Shown: one piece after another, positions 38,928-47,773 of the stretch
Layout: every line of letters begins with the position of its first letter
Numbering within the stretch: the first letter of the stretch is position 1
Assembly: GCA_963843575.1 (NCBI GenBank)
Contig: CAWJKZ010000024.1
Span: 256,001 to 320,000, forward strand
Length of the DNA: 64,000 nucleotides
From: an uncultured Acidobacteriota bacterium
GTDB taxonomy: Bacteria; Acidobacteriota; UBA6911
Direction of reading: 5' to 3'
Position numbers and translations under genes: made by a program
Notes under the pieces: generated by a model
Seen by the model: only the letters and a program-made list of their open reading frames with translations
Database searches by the model: none
What the model was told of the DNA's origin: nothing

Positions 38928-39629
38928 TTAGAAGTAATAGACAAATGCGAACGAGATTTCGAACTGGTGGAGGATCCCGCTGACGGGGAATACCGTCGTG
39001 TTCGGATCGTTTGACTCCTTGGGCAGACCATACCGCACGGCGCGGGACATGTAGTCACGCAGATCGATCCTCACCCCCCAGACGTTGTTGATCTTGAAGC
39101 GGACCCCGCCCCCGGCGTTGAACGCGAGCACGTTCTCGCTGCGCAACTTGCCCAGCCCGGCCCGGTTCGGGTCGAGCGCTTCGTTGATCGTCCGTTGCGG
39201 CAGGGTGTAGAACGTCCCGCCGACTCCCGCGGTAAGGAAAGGGAACATGCGCCGGGTCTTCTGGAGCGAGCGCAGATACCAGAGCGCATTTATGGAGACC
39301 TGGTGCGTCTTGCTGGTGAAGGCGAAGCGGTAGCCGGTCGTGTTGTTCACGATGCGCGTGGAGTTGCTGCCATAGCTGTAAATAATGTCCTGTCCCCACC
39401 GGCCCAGGGAATCTGCGCCAAACCGGACGCCGCCGCGGGCGCCAGCCGAAAACTCCTGCGTCCCCTTCAGCGGGACGGAGGACTGGGGGGTGGTGATCTC
39501 GAAATCCTTGCTTTTCGGGACGTTTGCAGCCCCGAACACCTCGAACCGGTACTTGTATTCGGCGAACGCCGGACCGGTCACGACGAGCACGGCCGTCAAG
39601 GGAATGAGGAAGCGAGCCAGCGTTTTCAT
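38928..39629 (-). CDS. Outer-membrane beta-barrel protein (OmpA/OmpW-like membrane domain)
   Basis: Signal peptide AFA-E; PFLTAGVG; FNAGGGVRF; C-terminal amphipathic strand ending in Phe. Confidence 0.85.
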   Translation of the reverse strand: MKTLARFLIPLTAVLVVTGPAFAEYKYRFEVFGAANVPKSKDFEITTPQSSVPLKGTQEFSAGARGGVRFGADSLGRWGQDIIYSYGSNSTRIVNNTTGYRFAFTSKTHQVSINALWYLRSLQKTRRMFPFLTAGVGGTFYTLPQRTINEALDPNRAGLGKLRSENVLAFNAGGGVRFKINNVWGVRIDLRDYMSRAVRYGLPKESNDPNTTVFPVSGILHQFEISFAFVYYF

Positions 39630-39828
39630 TGAGTGTCACCTTTCCAATTGGATTGCAGGTTCAACGGGGGGACGAAAGTTTTAGCCCGGCAATTCCATCC
39701 AGCATTCACATCGTCTTCCATGGACCGCGAAACGGGCGGAGATTCAGTTAGATCTATCGACTCTTGCTCCGGAACCGCTTAGATTTTTTTCTGGAGTGAA
39801 CCGCCGACGCCCCGCAGCCGCAATAACC

Positions 39829-39896
39829 AAGTGGGTCCGGCCTCAGCCCGGACGCAGTTTGCGGTCGCTGTAACGTGCGCCCGTCGCCATATAGAT
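39829..39896. repeat. REPIN family 1, copy D (one REP plus spacer, truncated)
   Basis: AAGTGGGTCCGG(CC)TCAGCCCGGACG followed by the reverse complement of the copy B spacer. Confidence 0.85.
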
Positions 39897-39974
39897 GGCT
39901 TGACAAAGCTGTCCATCGATTTGACAATGTTACTGTAATATTTCTAGATAGGTCCCGAGGGGGCTCAGCACCTG

Positions 39975-42113
39975 ATGGTGTTTCACAGCCTGCGCAACAA
40001 GCTGCTTATCCTGATGATTTCGCTGGCGCTGCTGCCGCTGGCCGGCATCGCCACGTTTTCGAACGTCATCGGCAGCCGCCAGATCGCGGAGGATCGGATA
40101 AAGCTAGCCCTTGAGACGATGGCGCAGGACACGGCCGACAAGATCGACATCATGCTGCGGGAGAAGAAGCAGGAGAGCCACTCGATGGCAACCACGTTCC
40201 CGTTGATTTACGAGTCGCTGGGGCGCGAGGGCTTGGGCCGACTGCTGAACAACTACTGTTTCAACAACGAGGGGTACGATCTGCTGGTGGTCTTGGACGC
40301 GACGGGCAAGGTCATCGGGATCAACACGACCGACCGGGACGGGTCCGCTCTGCCGGCCGAGAGCATCGGGCGCATACTGAACTCCAACATCAGCGCCTTT
40401 CCCGACGAGGCCGAGGTGTTCGGCCATTCGGTGACGGGGCATTCGTGGCATCACGACTGGTACGCGTCCAAGCTGGTCCACTCGCTGTACGACTACACGA
40501 ACGAGGACATCAGCCGCCAGTACAACATCGCGTTGTCGGAACCGATCCAGAACCCCAAGACTCACGAGATCATCGGGGTCTGGATCAACATCATCAACTG
40601 GAGCTACTTCCAGAACGTTCTGGACAACGTCGAGACGGACCTTGCCAACCTCAATTTGCGCACGGGCTACGCGTTCATGTTCGCGAAGGACGGCGACACG
40701 ATCATCGCGCACAAGTACCGGACCAACCGGTCCGGGCCGGTGCTCGCGGGCGAACCCGGAGGGACCTCGGCGAGCCTGTACAACGCGCGGCTGGTGGATC
40801 TTGGGCTGCGCAACCTGCGGGACGCCGTCCTGGCCAAGCAGCGCAGCTACGCCTACGACTTTCCGAAAGGGAACAGCAAGATCTCGGGAATGACACCCAT
40901 CGACGACACGTCGTTCGGGTGGACCGTCGGGGTCGGCATCGACGACGCCGACATTTTCGGCCCGATCCGCTCGATGACCTGGTGGCTGGTCGGGGTGACC
41001 CTGGCGGTCGGTGCGCTCGTGGTGCTCTTCACCTATTTGATCGCCCAGGGCATTACGGTTCCGTTGAAGAACCTCATCGGGACGGCGCAACGGATCGCGC
41101 AGGGCGAGCTGCACGAACGGGTCCTGATCCGCACCTCCGACGAAGTGGGGATCCTGGGGGCAACCTTCAACGACATGGCGCGCTCGCTCGCCGCGCGCGA
41201 GGACGAGCTGCAGGAGCTCAACAAGAATCTCGAAAGCATGGTCCGGCAGCGCACCCTGGAGCTCGAGACGTCGCACGAGGCGCTCAAGAACGCCTACACG
41301 GACCTGCAGAACGCCCAGGACCAGCTGATCCAGACCGAGAAGATGGCGTCTCTCGGCCAGCTCGTCGCGGGCATCGCCCACGAGATCAAGAACCCGCTGA
41401 ACTTCATCTACGGGAACACCGGTTTTCTCGCCGAGTACGTGCGCAAGCTCCAGTCCCTCGTGGAATCCTTCGATACCCTTTCGAGCCTTTCGGAAGAAGA
41501 CAAGGCCAGGATCTCCGCGCAGAAACAGGAGCTCAACTACGACTTCGTCAAGGAGGACCTGCACACCCTGATCGACAACTTCACCGAAGGCGCCCGGCGG
41601 ATCAACACGATCGTCTCGGATCTGCGCACGTTCTCCCGCGTCGACAAGGGGGTCGTCTCGGAGATCGACCTGCACGCCTCGCTGGAAATGTCGCTGAACC
41701 TGTTGAGCAACCAGTACAAGAACCGCGTGGAGGTGCACCGCGAATACGGTGAGATCCCGAAAGTCACCGGCTACTCGGGGAAGCTGAGCCAGGTCTTCAT
41801 GAACCTGCTCTCCAACGCCTTTCACGCGGTAAAGGACAAGGGGGACGTCTGGATACGGACCCGCCGGGTGGACGGCACCGTGGAAGTCGAAATCGAGGAC
41901 AACGGCGTGGGCATTCCGAAGGAGAGCCTCAACCGGATCTTCGAGCCCTTCTACACGACCAAGCCCGTCGGGCAAGGCACCGGGCTCGGTCTGAGCATCA
42001 GCTACGGCATCATCGAACAGCACCACGGTCGGATACAGGTCGCCAGCACCCCGCAGAAAGGGACGATCTTCACGGTGCGGCTCCCCGTAGCCCTGGAGAG
42101 GAGCGTCGGATGA
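39975..42113 (+). CDS. Sensor histidine kinase (Cache-like periplasmic domain, HAMP, HisKA, HATPase)
   Basis: Two TM helices, DEVGILGATFN, GIAHEIKNPL, QVFMNLLSNA, DNGVG, FYTTK, GTGLGL. Confidence 0.95.
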   Translation: MVFHSLRNKLLILMISLALLPLAGIATFSNVIGSRQIAEDRIKLALETMAQDTADKIDIMLREKKQESHSMATTFPLIYESLGREGLGRLLNNYCFNNEGYDLLVVLDATGKVIGINTTDRDGSALPAESIGRILNSNISAFPDEAEVFGHSVTGHSWHHDWYASKLVHSLYDYTNEDISRQYNIALSEPIQNPKTHEIIGVWINIINWSYFQNVLDNVETDLANLNLRTGYAFMFAKDGDTIIAHKYRTNRSGPVLAGEPGGTSASLYNARLVDLGLRNLRDAVLAKQRSYAYDFPKGNSKISGMTPIDDTSFGWTVGVGIDDADIFGPIRSMTWWLVGVTLAVGALVVLFTYLIAQGITVPLKNLIGTAQRIAQGELHERVLIRTSDEVGILGATFNDMARSLAAREDELQELNKNLESMVRQRTLELETSHEALKNAYTDLQNAQDQLIQTEKMASLGQLVAGIAHEIKNPLNFIYGNTGFLAEYVRKLQSLVESFDTLSSLSEEDKARISAQKQELNYDFVKEDLHTLIDNFTEGARRINTIVSDLRTFSRVDKGVVSEIDLHASLEMSLNLLSNQYKNRVEVHREYGEIPKVTGYSGKLSQVFMNLLSNAFHAVKDKGDVWIRTRRVDGTVEVEIEDNGVGIPKESLNRIFEPFYTTKPVGQGTGLGLSISYGIIEQHHGRIQVASTPQKGTIFTVRLPVALERSVG

Positions 42114-43527
42114 AGAGGCAGACACTGCTCCTGGTCGACGACGAGACCGCCAACCTGCAGAAGCTCCAGCGCACCTTTGTCGACGCCTACACCGTCCACC
42201 TGGCGCGCTCCGGCGCGGAGGCGCTGGAGTTGCTGCGGCATCACCCGGTCGACGCCATCATCACCGACCAGAAGATGCCCAACATGACCGGCATCGAGTT
42301 CCTGGAAGCGTCCCAGCGGGAGTATCCCAATCTCGTCCGCATCGTGCTGACCGGCTTCACCGAAGTCGACGACCTGATCGCCGCCATCAACACGGGCAAG
42401 GTGCACAAGTACATCACCAAGCCCTGGGAGCCCGACGACCTGAGGCTGGCCGTGCACGAGGCGCTCGAAAAGATGGAACTCCAGCGCGAAAACGAGCGCC
42501 TCGCCGCCGAGCTGAAAATCGCCAACGAGAAACTCCAGACGGAAAACACCATCCTGCGGCAGGAGGTCGAGAAGGAGGTCTTCCCGCGCGAGATCGTCTA
42601 CGGCAGCCCTGAAATGGAGGGCATCCTCCGGCTGCTGCGACGCGTCACCGGCACCGAGACAACCGTCCTGATCCAGGGCGAGACCGGCACCGGCAAGGAG
42701 CTTATCGCACGCTTCATCCACCGGGAGAGCAACCGGCGCGACCAGATCTTCATCCCCGTCAACTGCGGCGCCATCCCGCGCGAGCTGGTCGAGAGCGAGT
42801 TCTTCGGCCACGCCAAGGGTGCCTTCACCGGGGCCGCACAGGAGAAGAAGGGCCTCTTCGAGATGGCGGACGGCGGAACCATCTTTCTCGACGAAATCGG
42901 TGAGGCGCCGGCGGAACTCCAGGTAAAACTCCTGCGGGTCATCCAGGAAAGCGAGATCATGCCCGTCGGTTTCCACCAGCCGAAGAAAGTCGACGTGCGC
43001 ATCGTCGCCTCCACCAACCGAAACCTCAAGGCCGAGGTCGAGGCCGGCCGTTTCCGCCAGGACCTGTTTTTCAGGATCAACGTCTTTTCCGTCACCGTCC
43101 CCCCTCTCCGCGAGCGCCCCCGCGACATCATCCCCCTCGCCGAACACTTCCTGCGTCACTTCTCGACACGGCTGAACCGGCAGGGTTGGCCCCATTCACG
43201 AACGAGGCGCGCCAACTGCTCGTGGCCTACCCGTGGCCGGGAAACGTGCGCGAACTGCAGAACGAGATCGAACGGGTCGTGCTGCTGACCGAGCCGGACC
43301 ACGAAATCAGCCCCGAGTACCTCTCGGACACCATCTCCCAGCGCGTGCGCCCCACCGCCCGCGCCCATGGAAACCTCAAAACCGCCGTCCAGATGCTCGA
43401 AGACGAGATGATCCGCGAAGCCATGCAGCGCTTCCGCCACAACAAATCCCGCACCGCCCGCGCCCTCGGCATCAGCCGCCAGTCCCTGATCGAGAAGCTC
43501 CGGCGGCTCAACCTGTCAGCAATCTAG
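42110..43527 (+). CDS. Sigma-54-dependent response regulator (NtrC family; indel near 43185)
   Basis: LLVDDE, TDQKMP, GETGTGKE, GAFTGA, WPGNVRELQN, Fis-type HTH (NKSRTARALGISR); ATGA overlap with the kinase gene. Confidence 0.93.
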
Positions 43528-43537
43528 TCAATAGCAG

Positions 43538-43553
43538 TGTTAAAATTTAGACA
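43538..43553. promoter_or_regulatory. Candidate bEBP enhancer TGT-N10-ACA
   Basis: TGTTAAAATTTAGACA, about 160 bp upstream of the sigma-54 site, with an AT-rich tract in between. Confidence 0.5.
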
Positions 43554-43710
43554 GTATAAGCATATATTATCAGATACTATTACAGCTTATTCACCAGAAA
43601 ATCGACAACGATATTGACAGATTGGGTCTTTCTGGTCGCTCTTTGGTATTAATTTGTATAAGTCATTATTTATCAATATTTATACTGATATTTGCCCTTG
43701 TTCTGAAGAT

Positions 43711-43726
43711 TGGCACGGATGTTGCC
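43711..43726 (+). promoter_or_regulatory. Sigma-54 (-24/-12) promoter of the ECF gene
   Basis: TGGCAC-GGATG-TTGCC, about 60 bp upstream of the ATG, which has an AAGGAG RBS. Confidence 0.85.
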
Positions 43727-43783
43727 TAAGTGTACAGCGGCTGACCGAAGAACGCGTCAGGTAAACGGACAAGGAGCTGAAAA

Positions 43784-44400
43784 ATGCAGGCGACCGAAAT
43801 GCAAAACGTCGAGGAAATCAACTCGGGGCTTCTGCAACGCTGCAAGTTGAACGACCGGGAAGCGTGCGACGAGCTGTTTTCGCAGTACACGCGACGGATA
43901 TTCAATACCGCCTATCGCATCCTGGGAGAGGAAGCCTCGGCGGAGGACGCCCTGCAGGAGACTCTCCTGAACGTCTACCGCGGGCTGGCGCAGCTTCCGC
44001 GGCGAGTCCAAGATCTCGACGTGGATCAGCCGGATTACAGTGAATGTCTGCCTGGGGATGCTGCGCAAGTCCAAGAACAAGCAGAACGTGGACATCGACG
44101 ACGAGTGGGCGCGGGAGCTTCCCGCCGATTCGACCCCGAGCATCGACCCGCTGGAGTACACCTCGCTGGAGGAGCTGCGCGACAACATCGAGGAGACCTT
44201 CGCGCGCATGAGCGAGAAGCAGAGCATCGTCGTGCGACTGCACGACATGGAAGGGCACACGATTCGAGGAGATCGCCGGGATCGTGGGGTGCCCGGTCGG
44301 CACGATCAAGTCCCGGCTCTTCTATGGGAGACAGGAATTCAAGGACACCTTCAGCGCGCTTCTGAACGACAAGGTGGAGCCGAAGCCGACCATCCAGTAG
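43784..44400 (+). CDS. ECF RNA polymerase sigma-70 factor with no adjacent anti-sigma (indels near 43990 and 44262)
   Basis: AEDALQETL, STWISRITVN and reconstructed EIAGIVGCPVGTIKSRL; TAG at 44398-44400. Confidence 0.88.
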
Positions 44401-44407
44401 CGAATCT

Positions 44408-44543
44408 GCGGCGGCGCCTCGGCGCCGCTTTCACTGACATCCTGCGGCCGCAATCCCCGGCGCCTCGGCGCCACACCGAATTCGCACGCCTCGGCGGCTA
44501 CGGTGCAATGTCGACTGCGGCGGCGTCGAGCCGCCGCACTCCA
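44408..44543. repeat. Cluster of GC-rich hairpins including REP family 2
   Basis: GGCGCCTCGGCGCC twice and TGCGGCGGCGTCGAGCCGCCGCACTCCA (44516-44543). Confidence 0.7.
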
Positions 44544-44592
44544 AATTGCGCACCCGCGTGGTAAGATTCATGCCTTGCCATTGCGCGCGCCT

Positions 44593-45448
44593 ATGCCAGA
44601 AACCTCACGCGGCAAACTGAAGTTATTTCTATCTCCGGCAGCGGTCATTCGGACACGGAATATATCCCGCGGCTGTACCTCGAGGCGCGGGTGGATTTTG
44701 CCGACGTGCGCTCCGGCCTGAACGGAACCTGTGCCGTCTGCAGGGCGATGGAGATCTGCCCATTCGACCCGAACGACGCCTGGACGGAGGACATGCTCTG
44801 GCCCGTCGACCCGGCCGACGTGCAGACAAACCCGCCCCGGGACGTCACCCTGCGGCCGAGCCCCGAATGGTTCAAGCCGGAGCTGTTTGACGCGAATCGA
44901 GACCCAGTTCTACGCCTACCTGCTGCGCGTCGTTCCGGGTGACCCTGTTCAGGAACTTCGACCTGAACGTGTACTCGAGGCTGGGCGAGTCGATCGGGGA
45001 TTTCAGGGGGCGCTGCCTCGAACTGCTCAACGAGACGTTCCGGCACGATCTGGACTCATTGCGCGAGGTGGCCGATCGCGCGCTCGAGCGGGCGCGCGAG
45101 AGGCATCTGAACGACCCGGACAGCGCCAGCGTGGAGGGCAGCCGTATCGTGGCCCGGAAGAGGGGCGAGTTCCGCGACGTCGCGGAGCGCATCGGGTCGC
45201 TGTTCATGCACACCGAGCTGACGCTTGCCCCCCAGGATGCCGAGCGCGAGTTCCCGGCCTACTCCGGGATGGAACTGCAGCAGGGGCTGCTGTCGCTCGA
45301 GTCCGATGCGCGTCGGGCGGTGGGCAAGCTGGTGAGCAGGTATCAGCGGAAGGCGTCGAACATAGACGAGTACATCATCCACCCGAACTTCAGGGACATT
45401 CACCTCGTGCGCTCCGGACTGCTGTGGATGCCGGGGGGAGCGCGATGA
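44593..45448 (+). CDS. Hypothetical protein resembling the C-terminal region of HerA/DUF853-like ATPases (indels)
   Basis: Reconstructed [13 protein letters not shown]...[24 protein letters not shown]...[19 protein letters not shown]; ATGA overlap with mnmA. Family resemblance is from memory only. Confidence 0.6.
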
Positions 45449-46623
45449 AGCCCTCCAGGGTCGCCGTCGCCATGAGCGGCGGCGTCGACAGCTCGACGGC
45501 GGCCGTCGTTCTGAAGCAGCAGGGTTTTGACCTCGTCGGTTTCTCCATGCAGCTGTGGGACCAGAAGCGCAACTCCGGCGGCGGTTCGGTTTCCACGGGA
45601 CGTTGCTGTTCGATCGACGACCTGTACGACGCGCGCTCCGTCGCCGCGCGCCTGCGTTTCCCTTTCTATGTGCTGAACTTCGAGGCCGAGTTCCAGGCGA
45701 AGGTGGTGCGGGCGTTCATCGAGGGCTACCGGGACGGCTGCACGCCGTCGCCCTGTGTGCTGTGCAATTCCCACATGAAGTTCAGCCACCTCCTCCGCAT
45801 GGCCGAGGAGGTGGAGGCCGGCGCGGTGGCCACGGGCCATTACGCACGCGTGCGGCACGACCCCGGACGGGGCCGCTACCTGCTGCTGCGCGGGCGCGAT
45901 CGGGCGAAGGACCAGTCGTACTTCCTGTTCGAGCTGACCCAGGACCAGTTGTCGAAATCGATGTTTCCGCTGGGCGACATGCTGAAGTCCGAGGTGCGCC
46001 GCATCGCCCGGGAGCACGGCCTCGACGTCGCCGAGAAACCGGACAGCCAGGAGATCTGTTTTGTCCCCGACGGGGACTACGCCGCATTCATCGAGCGGCA
46101 CCACGACGACGTGCTCGGGACGGCGGAGCGGCGCGCAGACGTTCGCCCCCGGGGAGATAGTGGATCGTGCCGGCCGGGTGCTGGGGTCGCACTCCGGCAT
46201 CCATCGCTTCACGGTGGGGCAGCGGAGGGGGCTCGGCATCGCCCATTCCGAGCCGCTGTACGTGATCGAACTGCAGCCGCAGACCGGCCGGGTGGTCGTC
46301 GGCGAACGCCACGGCCCTGGGCCGGACTACCTGCCGCGTGGTGCGCCCCAACTGGATCGCCGTCGACGGGATCGACGGGCCGACGCGTGCCCACGCCCGC
46401 ATCCGCTCCCGTCACCGCGAGGCCCCGGCGACGCTCCGGCCGCTGGAGGACGGTTCCGTCGAGGTGGAGTTCGATACGCCCCAGCCTGCGGTCACGCCGG
46501 GCCAGGCCTGCGTGTTCTACGACGGGGAAGTGGTGGTGGGCGGCGGGTGGATTGCGCGCGACACCGCCGGACGGCGCCGCGGCCCGCACCGGGCGACATT
46601 TGACGGCCCAGGAATTCGAATGA
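45445..46623 (+). CDS. mnmA: tRNA 2-thiouridylase MnmA (indels)
   Basis: [58 protein letters not shown]. Confidence 0.96.
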   Translation: MKPSRVAVAMSGGVDSSTAAVVLKQQGFDLVGFSMQLWDQKRNSGGGSVSTGRCCSIDDLYDARSVAARLRFPFYVLNFEAEFQAKVVRAFIEGYRDGCTPSPCVLCNSHMKFSHLLRMAEEVEAGAVATGHYARVRHDPGRGRYLLLRGRDRAKDQSYFLFELTQDQLSKSMFPLGDMLKSEVRRIAREHGLDVAEKPDSQEICFVPDGDYAAFIERHHDDVLGTAERRADVRPRGDSGSCRPGAGVALRHPSLHGGAAEGARHRPFRAAVRDRTAAADRPGGRRRTPRPWAGLPAAWCAPTGSPSTGSTGRRVPTPASAPVTARPRRRSGRWRTVPSRWSSIRPSLRSRRARPACSTTGKWWWAAGGLRATPPDGAAARTGRHLTAQEFE

Positions 46624-47771
46624 GCCACAAGACGATCCTGATGGTTGCGGGAGAGGCGTCCGGCGACCGCTACGGCGCGGCGCTCGTGCGGCGGCTCCGC
46701 TTCCTCCGGCGCGAAACGCTGGACGTCTTCGGCAGCGGTGGCGACGGCATGCAGCGGGAGGGTGTGCGCCTTCTCTGCCACGTCCGGGACCTGGCCAGCA
46801 TCGGCCCGCGCGAGGCGGTGGCGCACCTGGGCCGCTATCTCCGTCTCTACCGGGACATCCTGGGCGAGTGCCGACGCAGGACGCCGGATGTCGCCGTACT
46901 GCTGGATTTCCCCGATTTCAACCTCCGGCTGGCAAAAAAACTGAAACGCGCGGGCATCGAGGTTATCTACTACATAAGCCCGCAACTCTGGGCTTGGCGT
47001 CGCGGCCGGATCAAGGTGATCCGGCGATTCGTGGACAAGATGCTGGTGATTCTCCCTTTCGAGGAGGAGTTCTACAGGCGTCATGGTGTGGACGTCGAAT
47101 TCGTGGGGCACCCGCTGCTCGAGGATTTCCGGCCGGACTACGACCGGCAGCGCCTTCGAGGCACGCCTCGGTCTGGACCCGTCGCGCCGCACGGTGGCGC
47201 TGTTGCCCGGAAGCCGGCGCAAGGAGGTGGATTACCTCCTCCCCGTCCTGCTGGAATCGGCGCTGCGCATCCAGAGCCAGACGCCGGCCCAGTTCCTGGT
47301 GTCGGTCGCGCCGACCCTGGACCGGGGTCAGCTGGAGCGGATCGTGACCGAGGTGCTCGGGGTCGAGGCGCGGCCGGATTTTCTGCTGTCCCGGGAGGAC
47401 GCGCGGGACCTGCTGGCCAATTCCGACTTCGCCCTCGTGAAGAGCGGCACCAGCACGCTGGAGGCCGCGCTGGTCGGGACGCCGTTTCTGATGCTCTACA
47501 AGCTCTCCCTCGCTCAGTTGGTGTGCGGGGCGGATTCTGGTGCGGACCCGCTTCAAGGGGCTGGTAAACTTGATAGCGCAGGATGCAGTGGTGCCGGAAT
47601 TCCTGCAGGGGGACGCGACGCCGGAAGCCCTGTCGCACACTGCCCTGGAATTCCTGGACGATCCGGCCAAGTCGGCTGCCATGCGGTCGCGCCTGGGCGC
47701 GATTCGCTCCATGCTGGGAACACGGTGCGCCTCGACGATGGCCGCCGCTGCAGTGAGCAAGCTATCTATAG
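46620..47771 (+). CDS. lpxB: Lipid-A-disaccharide synthase (indels)
   Basis: [55 protein letters not shown]. Confidence 0.95.
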
Positions 47772-47773
47772 GG

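Noticed and set aside
39900-39950. Tandem TTGACA hexamers 21 bp apart upstream of the kinase
   Set aside because: Plausible sigma-70 -35 elements, but the -10 matches (GACAAT, TAGATA) are too weak to call a specific promoter.
46338-47567. Apparent MnmA-LpxB fusion ORF
   Set aside because: An ATGA stop/start overlap exists at 46620-46623 in the neighbouring frame; one indel in the mnmA tail explains the read-through.
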